A stretch of DNA of 63,881 bases, filler included, from Mitosporidium daphniae (Eukaryota), in NCBI RefSeq assembly GCF_000760515.2. It is 3 parts of 3 records of this genome, joined end to end, with 100 filler letters (N's around TTAATTAATTAA, not from the genome) between each part and the next. Parts side by side here need not be neighbours in the genome. Positions count along the whole stretch, not along the records: positions 21,543 to 42,931 come from NW_013546138.1; positions 43,032 to 63,881 come from NW_013546136.1; 1 more part is not named here. One strand, written 5' to 3'. The position numbers and the translations under genes are program-made. Positions 39,801-49,047 of this stretch are shown here, one piece after another. How positions within the stretch are numbered: position 1 is the first letter of the stretch; the number at the start of each line of letters is the position of its first letter. The notes under the pieces are model-generated. The model was not told where the DNA came from and did no database searches. It worked only from the letters and a program-made list of their open reading frames with translations.

Positions 39801-42800
39801 GGAAATTTGTGTTGGAAATCTGCCTCCCCCATCAATTCTGGACACTATGCGATTCCTTTGGATGCGTGTAAGACACAAGTTTGGATCGGATTTGGAATTT
39901 TATGGATTTGCAAAATGGCTGCATGCACATGCGATGACTGTGTACGCAAACGATGATTCTCGGAGTGAATATTTTAAAAGGCTACTATTGCAATTGCGCA
40001 AATCAAAATGTACAGACAAATATGCTGTGGAGGAAATTCCTTGCTCATCGCTTATAATTATGCAGTCGCTATCGATGCCTGCATGCTTGGAAAATGGCGG
40101 AGTTTGCTTATTTCTGCAAAAATTTATCAAGTGCATTTTTGATGATAACGCCATGGTTCGCCCGATCCTATTTGAGTTCCACCTTGCTATTGAGGCTCTC
40201 ACCGTGCTTTATGCGAGTGGAAACAACTTCCCGTCAGAGCGGGACATTTTTTCGCAAAAATTGTCTCTTTTATCCTTCAAAGGTAGCGGTTCGCGCGAGA
40301 AACAAGATCTGTCTGCAATGGCGTGTAGAATGATGCTTTTCGAGAAATTCAAGGCATTCCACATCCCGCCTTGTTTGGGAAGGTTTTTCAACCTTGTTAT
40401 ACATGAAGGGGAATGCTCCGATTCGATGGCATATTTCTCTCTTTGGCGCAAATGGTTTTCCAATCCTGCTTTTCTGGCTCGAAAAAATGGGTTGTTGTGG
40501 AATTCTCCTCTTGCTTCTCCAGAGCATGTTTTCCCCCAAAATAGGTATTCCGAAAGGCGGCTGATGCTATCTTCGTCTGCTTTGCTTGCAATTTACTCTG
40601 CACATGAAAAGCCCGAACATTTCTGTTGCGGTGGCAATGCCGAGTCTAGCGAGACGATGGAATGCGAACCGAACCACATTTTTGGATGTCTGAACAGGTT
40701 TTATGGAACCGTTGCTTTGTATGCGGTTGCTTACAAAAATGTCGAAGTTCTTGATTTGATCCTCACAATTGAATCTCTCCCAAGGCCAGTTTTGTATGAC
40801 TTACAGTACTATCTTTGGTCTTTGGTGCCATCAAGCCCTCTATATGCGATTTTTCAAAAGTCACAGATTCCATTTATGCTTGCCTGCATTTTGAAGCTTT
40901 TGAAGCTACTTTGCGGAGACATATCGATGTCCATTTTAGAGGCTGCATTTGACGTCTATTCTCTATCCAGCGGCGCAAACACCTTTGTTGAGATGTCTGG
41001 TCTATCCCGAACGTTTACAGCATTGGGGCAATTTAATGACTTTTTTGCTTCGGCTCAGTTTGCATGCTTTTTAAAGCAAATCGACAACGGCGAAGCTCCT
41101 GAGCTCATCTGTGACGTTTTATCTATTGACGGAAAAAGCACAAATGTGGACATGCTCCGCGGCATTCTGCACATGCTATCGGAGCTTTGTGCTCCCGTAG
41201 TGGATCCCATATTGTTCCCAGTCCTTTCTCCTATATTTGCCGCCCAAGCGCATTTAAACATCGAGGTTGACATGCTTGTTCTGCAGACTTTTCAACTGGT
41301 TTGTGGATCTCTCAATCATCCAGAGGCTTTCGATGAACAAGTCAAAAAAGTCCTTTTCATTTCTACTGGCCTCTCTGACTCCATCGATGCAGCGCTGGGA
41401 GAGTCGGTTCCCTCCGTCTTTGATGTATCGGTACCTTACTTTTGCGGTATAATATCGCAATTCACCATTTTTAAGAACGAACTGCTCTCAAAATTGCCAT
41501 CTCATATTGACGATAGCTCATTTGCTGCAATTGATTTGTCAAACTTGCATCATTTCCTTCTTTCGCTTTTGAGCCAAATTGAGCAAGTCGATATTCCATT
41601 TGATATTGTCGGATCTCTCTTGCTTCCATTGATACTTTTATCTTTGCTGAAGATAATCAAGCCCAACAGGTTTTCTAAATGCAGCAGCATCTCTGCTATC
41701 GGCCCTCTATGCTCCTTTGGCGGCTCATTTTCGTCACCCCTTCTTGGCAAGGCTTACATGGATTGGGCGATGTCCTATTCCGGTGCCTCACGATCAAATC
41801 TCAACATCCTATACTCGTTTTTATACGCACACAATCCCTGTAGCGAGATTATCAACATGAAGATTGCCGATGTTTATCTTCCCAAGGATGTGTTTGTGTT
41901 GACACAAACGAAAATGCCGCCCTTCATTTTGACGCCCAACACAATTTATGACATGCTGTTCCGTATTTCGAGCGCCATGGTGTCCTTAAATGATGAGCTG
42001 AGAAACAAAATCGCAACATCAAACATTTCCGATTTCATCGTCTCGGATTTTACGGCATCGATCTCATCGCTATTGCTTCTCAATATCGACTTTTGCATCG
42101 TAAAAACAACATCCTGGAATGCGTTGTACGAGTGTATCACCACGGTGTCTTCCAAAATCATGACGTGCATCGAGACGGGCTACGAGGTTGCAAGATTGAA
42201 CGATAAAACCGGGTTTTCTTCATGGCTTGTTACGCAATTGGATGCACTTTCGCGGCTTTTGATCGAATTTCGGAAGCAAGAAATTGCTCTCATCTGCTCC
42301 ATGCTTTTACAAGAAGACACCTTGTATTTCTCCGACTCGTTGGCCTCTTTTTCGCTCGATCAATTTGTCACTTTGTTCCGCGAGTCTCTGAGATCAGATA
42401 TCGACTTTGAAAGCCTATTTAAACTGCTGGATGCTTTTGTATTGAACACTTCTATTGTTGAGGCTAGGCTGCGAATAGAGCTTCTGTTTGCATTGTTCCA
42501 CTTTCACGAGCGCAATGGTGCCGGTCGTAGCAACACCGCGCTACTGAATGTTCTCTGGCATGGTGGCTCGTATTTTAACGCATTTTATGTTCGAAAAATA
42601 GCCTCTCATATTTCAAAAGAGAGCGCTGTGCTGCTGAGCGAGATTCGGGAAAAAGCCACGCTGATTTCGTGCTCTTATTTGAACGAAATGATAGTAAGGC
42701 AGTGTTCTGACAAAATTCATCATCTCACGTCAAGGTCGCTGAAAGCGCTCAATGAAATGCTGACCACACCCACGGTTTCCTTTATTTCTTCATGTAAAGC

Positions 42801-42931
42801 TTGTGTGGTGCAAGTTGGCTGGAAATTTGATCTTGCATGTAACATTTTGCCAGCAGACGAATCCATCAAGGTTCTTGCAAAGGCTTCTCGACTTTTCTCT
42901 GCTGAAATGGAAAGGTTATGGCGGGGGGTGG
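33883..42931 (+). CDS. MDN1: Midasin (Rea1/Mdn1) AAA+ ATPase, 3'-truncated by assembly gap
   Basis: Tandem AAA modules (GPIGCGKT, GPTGTGKT, GPTSAGKT, GETGTGKT, GDPGVGKT, degenerate sixth) with LLDE(I/L)NLA; intronless. The stop at 42987 comes from the linker. Confidence 0.95.
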
Positions 42932-43031
42932 NNNNNNNNNNNNNNNNNNNNNNNNNNNNNNNNNNNNNNNNNNNNTTAATTAATTAANNNNNNNNNNNNN
43001 NNNNNNNNNNNNNNNNNNNNNNNNNNNNNNN
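42932..43031. other. Artificial contig linker N44-TTAATTAATTAA-N44
   Basis: 100 bp; 12-mer at 42976-42987. Confidence 0.97.
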
Positions 43032-43528
43032 GCATGTGCATTCCGATATATTGCATGGGTATTGGATATGATCTCGATTTGCTGATTTGCGTGGCACTTG
43101 GTGTTGATATGTTTGACTGCGTCTTTCCAACACGTACAGCAAGGTTTGGCCATGCTCTGCACCCTTGCGGAGATATCTCGCTTAAAAAGGCAATGTATGC
43201 CCAGGATTTGCGACCCATCGATTCGGAATGCACATGCCTCACTTGCCGAAACTATACCAGAGCAGCCCTACATGGGATCGTCGGGAAAGAGACGACAGGC
43301 TGCCACCTGCTTTCAATGCACAACATTGCATACATGTTGCGATTTTCACGGGCTATGCGCGATGCCATAATAGCAGACAAATTCCCCGCATACATCAAAT
43401 CATTTCTGCGTCGACGCTTCATCGAAAATGAGGAGCAGCTCGCCGATAAAGAAGCGATTGTGCCCGAGTGGATTATCGATGCTCTTGCAAGTATTGGCCT
43501 TGTCATCGATCCTAGAATGGCAGAATAG
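43032..43528 (+). CDS. QTRT1: Queuine tRNA-ribosyltransferase catalytic subunit, 3' part only
   Basis: YCMGIG..GVDMFDCVFPTRTARFG, Zn motif CTCLTC, and HNIAY; 5' part lost in the gap. Confidence 0.93.
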
Positions 43529-43544
43529 CAATCAAAAGCAAATA

Positions 43545-43629
43545 AAGGGCTGATAACAAATTGAACGAAAGCCAAGGGCTGATAACAAATTGAACGAAAG
43601 CCAAGGGCTGATAACAAATTGAACGAAAG
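43545..43629. repeat. 29-bp tandem repeat, about 2.9 perfect copies
   Basis: Unit AAGGGCTGATAACAAATTGAACGAAAGCC at 43545, 43574 and 43603. Confidence 0.95.
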
Positions 43630-43675
43630 ATAAACACTAACACGTGCCAATCCAAGCGAGCAGCCCAATTTAGAG

Positions 43676-44763
43676 TTACTCTAAGGGCTGCCAGCAAAAT
43701 TTTCCGCCTCCCAGTTGCGGAATACCTATTTCAGCAGGAGCATATGCGGCCTTATATAGCAGCTTGGGACATTTTGGCGAGTAAAATCCTAAAATTGGGC
43801 ATGAAAGCCATACCGAGAATGTAGTAGGAACGTCTCATTATGCGGGCAAGCTCAATTTCGGTCAGAATGGAAAAGGTTCCAAGGGAAAGGTTAGCATATT
43901 CCGGGTCATAAAAAAAATAACATGACGAAATATAGTCTGGTAGCACATCTACAGTTGACATTGCTACCAGCCGTGTGCCGATCACAAAGACCAAGAATCG
44001 AGTCGATCCCTCCTACAAATGAATACAAAAATTACAACAAATTGCAGCTGGAAATGTCAAAAAGACACCGGAAAAGATGGAAAAACAGAAAACAAACTGA
44101 TAGCGGATCACAATGCCCATACCTCAAGAGCGCCATCAATAATAAAGCTTTTGAACGAATCGACAGTCCAAGTAGCAGCATCTTCATGTACCGCTTGCTG
44201 ATACTTCAGAAAAAGCGTAAAAAGTGAAGCAAGCTCGAATTCAGCAAGCAGTTCAGAGGGCTCAAGCAGCCTGACTGTAAAGGCCGGAAGAACCCCCATC
44301 TCCTTGGTTTCTTTGAAATTCTCAACTTTATACATGTCTTTAATTGCTTCTGGGTATGCCTCCAGGTCTTTTGTGATGTCTCCTTGAGAATAGGTTGTCA
44401 AAAGACGGAAACGTGTAGCTATGCGGCGATACGCCTTCCTCTGAGAACGAGAAGGAGTGAACGCCGAAACACGTAACCTGATCGGTTTAAGTGGGCAGCA
44501 TGTGATATCATTGAGGGGCAAATAGAGCAGTTTGGAGCCAGATCTGCAAATAGCATCAACAAACCTTACCTTCGCCAGCCCTGCTCCATTAGCTCTTGGT
44601 ACAGCAATGCAGCAAGAGGTGTTTTGAGTTCCGAATAGATTGCGATAGATCCATTCCCACCGCAATACCCACAATGGCCTGTAAACACAGAGACCGATTC
44701 TACGAATGACATGCACGCTAGCTGTGGTGACAAGTATCTGGGATTGTAAAAAGGTCCACCCAT
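43676..44763 (-). CDS. ATE1: Arginyl-tRNA--protein transferase
   Basis: CGYC, YQELMEQGWRR|SG, TCC, KYQQAVH, DVLP..SSCYFFYDP..SLGTFS..E, YYILG|FY..CPKLLYK; three introns, one of them 110 nt. Confidence 0.93.
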
Positions 44764-44804
44764 TTTATGCTAAATTTTAATTTAATTTTAGAGAGCAATT
44801 CGCC

Positions 44805-45065
44805 ATGTCTTCGCCTACGATCAGTTTTGGGTCGCCCACAGAACGGGAGAAAACAGAGCTGTCTCGCTATTTGAAGACAGAATGTGGTCCCATGTTAAAA
44901 GATGCCATAAGTTGCGTAAAACAATCACATAACCAAGTAAAAGGCATCGACTGTCACCAGCTAATTAAGGCGTATTTGGACTGCTGCTCTGCAACACCGG
45001 CAGCGTGCGCCGAACGGTTTGGAGACCCGGATCACAACCCATTCCACACAGAAGAAGAGCAGTAG
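44805..45065 (+). CDS. Twin CX9C (CHCH) protein, Mia40-like, lacking CPC
   Basis: CGPMLKDAISC and CHQLIKAYLDC (two CX9C) joined by ...KGID, as in the Mia40 core. Confidence 0.7.
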   Translation: MSSPTISFGSPTEREKTELSRYLKTECGPMLKDAISCVKQSHNQVKGIDCHQLIKAYLDCCSATPAACAERFGDPDHNPFHTEEEQ

Positions 45066-45229
45066 CAAATATAAAATAAATCGCTTTCCAATCGATTTGA
45101 ACGCATCGACCTCATCAAACAAGCGGTTGGCGCTAGATTGGTGTTTGAACACATCGCGATCATTGGCTGTTGGTCTTTGGATCGCTCAGCTGTGTGTAGA
45201 CATAGCTGAAAGTGCAATAGTGTCGTTTT

Positions 45230-47302
45230 CTAAGCATGAAAAAGCAATGCAGAGGCAAGCCAAGTCAATTGGGGCTCTGAGTCAACGGCATGTGCACTGA
45301 TTTGGTCACCCCCACATGGCCGTTCACCTTGTACTAACGGGGCTTTTGTGAGCTCATAGCCGCTGTAGATTTGGCGGATCATCTCGGACTGTTCAACATG
45401 AGAAAGACCACAGCATGATGCTCGGAGAAGCTTTGTGATTCTGGGATACGTTTGACACTTGAGCTCATCAATCGTGCCCACGAGATAGTCAACAAAGATC
45501 AATGAGGAAAACAATTCCCTCTCAAGCTGCAAAGTGAGTGCAGATGAAAGAGACCTACTATTTGGTACATGTACAAACGGCTGGTCACTTTGAGTATGCA
45601 GTGAGGCTTCATAGACAGCCCCCTGATGGCCTCTCGAGATATTGCCGTTAAAAAAACGTTCCAAGTGGATAAAGAGGAACAGAAGAACAGGAAGGGCAAC
45701 AGCAGGTCCATGGCATATAGCTAATTCTACAATAAATACACCAATTTTACCCTCAAGAAGGACAAGCTCGGAAGTGACGGATGAAATAAGCGGATGTCCA
45801 ATCCTATGGTTGAGCCAGCAAAAGAGCACGATGAGTTCCATATCGGTGGCAATAGGGATGGACATCAGAAGCTGTTCCAATATTTCAATCGGAAGTGAGG
45901 AGAGCGAAGAATCTTTTGAACGTTTGGAGTTCAGGAGACTTTTTTTAGGAATCGGCGTCTCCATTGAAGGGAAATAGTCCATGAGCACGCTGAGGAATTC
46001 GTAGCGCACCCCTATTGTATCGGTGGAAGTTGGCCCGTTGTTCGGCCAACTAGACCGCAAAAGCTCGATTACAAAGAATGGAAGAATAGGTGTACTCCAC
46101 ACCTTATAAAGAAGATCCCGTGATAGGGTTGGAAACTCCATTAGCCTGTCACCTGGGCTCAGAATCCATGAAGCATAGTGGCAACAATGGCCCAGGGAGA
46201 TTCCAAGTGGTAATGATAAGCCTTTCTCAAAACTGTGCCGATCGTTGCAGAGTATGAGCCAGAAAATTGAATCCACAAGCCACTCTGAAGGCCGCGTCAA
46301 AGTGTGCAAAGAAAAGGCGCTATTTACGGCCAATTGGTCCTTTGCGGCCGACCCGGGTTGTAAAAGGGCTTCTTTCGAAAAGGGAGACATTGTGAGAAGG
46401 CTCATTATGCCATCCAATAGACGTGCAGAAGTAGGCAGCCGAAAGCGAAGGTAAATCCGAAGCAATTCTGCGTCCATAGATGCAACAAGCGACAATAATG
46501 AATGCAGCAAAGCACCGCCGACTTTTAAATGTGCATCTTGATGAAACACTAGCACTAGCATCAAAATAAACCGCTCCAGCTTGATTGGCCGCCCCAGCAG
46601 TGCTAGCAAAGTCTCTGCCCAATGCGCCTCAAATGTAAACCCATCCTTCACACACGCAAGGAGCATTTGTAGAAAGTGTTCGCATCCATAGGGAGCGTCA
46701 GAAAGACATTCCGAAATTCCATTTGTTAATTTTGGAGAGCATTCGGGGCTTTCATGTTGGAGCTTTTGGGAGCATTTAGCATTCTCGATTACTGATTCCG
46801 TAAGCATGTCGATATATAAAAAAGGCTGCTGGTCTAACTTGGAGGTGACTTTAGAAAGCATGCGTGCAATTATGGGCCCATCATTAAAAAAGGCTTCACT
46901 GAATCCACTGGAAGGTCCGTTTTGCAGGAAAAAGGTGTCGATGTGCAGCTTTTCATCGTTGATGCTAGCGTTTGTACACCTTGAGCTGATTTGCTGCGAA
47001 AATGCGGACAGAAAAAATTCATGGGAAAATGACAAAGGGTAAGGGCTTTCTACAGCAACGGCTTCCCCTCTGTGTTCTTCTTCCAGTGTAAAAATATTGG
47101 TGAGATTTAAGGATGACTCCGAATTTTCTATTGGTTCGACACCGCTTGCATGATCATGCAAAAGACCCCCAAACTCATTGAGCAAAGAAGGAAAATTGAT
47201 CCACATGTGCGTAAGGTTTTCCAGTAAATCGGAAGGTTTCGCCCCATTCTTAAGATGGTCATAAATACTTTTTAGGATATCATCTTCCAAAAGCAAATCC
47301 AT
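45230..47302 (-). CDS. TH1-like / NELF-C/D-like protein (divergent)
   Basis: N-terminus DLLLEDDILKSIYDHLKNGAKPSDLLENLTHMWINFPSLLN follows the NELF-C/D pattern D..MEP.I...L..Y...GG.P..VI..LS.NY...AQ..N; Leu-rich helical body. A short upstream exon is possible. Confidence 0.6.
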   Translation of the reverse strand: MDLLLEDDILKSIYDHLKNGAKPSDLLENLTHMWINFPSLLNEFGGLLHDHASGVEPIENSESSLNLTNIFTLEEEHRGEAVAVESPYPLSFSHEFFLSAFSQQISSRCTNASINDEKLHIDTFFLQNGPSSGFSEAFFNDGPIIARMLSKVTSKLDQQPFLYIDMLTESVIENAKCSQKLQHESPECSPKLTNGISECLSDAPYGCEHFLQMLLACVKDGFTFEAHWAETLLALLGRPIKLERFILMLVLVFHQDAHLKVGGALLHSLLSLVASMDAELLRIYLRFRLPTSARLLDGIMSLLTMSPFSKEALLQPGSAAKDQLAVNSAFSLHTLTRPSEWLVDSIFWLILCNDRHSFEKGLSLPLGISLGHCCHYASWILSPGDRLMEFPTLSRDLLYKVWSTPILPFFVIELLRSSWPNNGPTSTDTIGVRYEFLSVLMDYFPSMETPIPKKSLLNSKRSKDSSLSSLPIEILEQLLMSIPIATDMELIVLFCWLNHRIGHPLISSVTSELVLLEGKIGVFIVELAICHGPAVALPVLLFLFIHLERFFNGNISRGHQGAVYEASLHTQSDQPFVHVPNSRSLSSALTLQLERELFSSLIFVDYLVGTIDELKCQTYPRITKLLRASCCGLSHVEQSEMIRQIYSGYELTKAPLVQGERPCGGDQISAHAVDSEPQLTWLASALLFHA

Positions 47303-49047
47303 TGCCTATCCAAACAATAAAAAGCGAAAGTTTAAATTTATTACTGCCCTGCCTATCATGTAGTTCGTCAAACTGCTCGTTGATTTCGTATGGCTTCTTG
47401 CGTCCTCAAATGTGCCCATTCTGAATTTTTAAAATCTTGCATCTACTGAAAAGCCAACAAATGCACAACTTGTTTATAAAGGAAGATTTTCAAATTTTGC
47501 TTGTAATGTGGCTAAATGTGGAACGGCTTCATGCGGAGTCCAGAATTTTGGTACCGTTGTGCAGATTTATCAAAAATGCAAATCCATTGTTTTTCGCTGC
47601 TAATTTTCGATCAAAAGTGGCTCCATTCTTTTTGATAAGGAAGTTTGTCACCCTAATTTAGAGAAGGTGTCAACGCAAGTTAGAGAGATCTACTTTTCAA
47701 AACTGGATTAAAAATGTTTGTCCAGCCTCAAAAATAGCATCTAAAAGTGACGATTTTAGCTTCCGCGTGAAAAGAAGTCTAAAAATAGCGATCAAAGTGT
47801 CGATGGCGAAAAGGCCCGATCCGCAAATCTGGGTGACATACCCAGTGGCCCCTCTTTTTAAATCTGAAATTTAAATTTGGCCTTCACATTGAATTGTGAA
47901 ATGCTGATCTCTTTCTTCATCGCTTTGGGGCCTTCCATGATAAAATGATCCTGCAACCCTGCATTAGTGTAGATGAGTCGACAAATAGCGATAGTCAAAA
48001 GAGACGATTGAATGTGCCCAATTTTTAATGTCTCCTCAAACAACGGAACGGCAGATGCGAATGCAATTCCAGATCCAGCGAAACAAAAGGGTTGGACGCT
48101 TCATTGGTTATGGTGTATCCAAATTTAGCAAAAAAAACCTTCGGACACATAAGTTTAGCGCACGATTGCTGTGAATCTGGGCGTGAAAGTGACTGTTATG
48201 CTTGCTAAAGTCCATGTGTTGAGATTGATAATATCGACCGATCAAAATATCGACCACCGATAACCAGCTATTTGTTTGTATTTCAAAGCGGATAATAGAC
48301 ATGACTGGCAACCCCAAGAAATAAAAGCACTTATCACGGTATCTTATGACCTTTATTAGCGCTACCAACCGTCAATTTTACACTTTTAAATGCAGAGCCT
48401 ACGTTGTCAAAGCATCTGCCATCCACCACAAAAGAGGGCCTCAAGGAACTTTCAGCTACTTCAAAACTTTACCAAAAACGCTGGGGAGAATCAAGCTGCT
48501 GAGCCAATTTCAAAGGGCGGTCCATTGCAGAACGTTCCTATCGAGCCTTTTCACCGGGCCGGAAATTCGCTGTGGCATAAAAGCCTTTACAAGCGAGGAT
48601 GTATGTGACGGTCGAAGAGATGTGTTGAGCAGCCCATTTACACATTGACGTCAATTTGAATCAAAAAGATGCCGATGTGAAAACTCAGCATCAAGGCCAG
48701 TTTAATGTAACGCTGGGTTATTAGCTATTCAATAGCAGATCCAAAGGCAGTTCGGTTTGTAAAGGGATTGAATGTAAACACGACGCCTCCTCGATGCTGC
48801 TGCCAAGCTGGCAAATGATATCAAGAACATTGGGTCTCCAGTTTCAATTTCCCAAATAATGTCTCTGCTTGATAGTTTGCGGCCTATTCTTGCAGGGTAT
48901 TTATCAACTATCCTACACCGCGCTACTTGGGCCTATTTGCACTCCTCTATGGCTTGTTAATGTGTTGCATCTTTGCGCTACTGGTAGACTGTCCATTAAC
49001 TGTGCAAACATGAAAATTTCAAAATTAGCGCCAGTGAATTAATATTT

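Noticed and set aside
43545..43629. 29-bp repeats as a CRISPR array
   Set aside because: Units are directly adjacent with no spacers; eukaryotic context and no cas genes.
47630..47860. Minus-strand frame with KVDLS..IRV faintly like a Ty3/gypsy reverse transcriptase segment
   Set aside because: No YxDD or other RT motifs and no LTRs; similarity is too weak to call.
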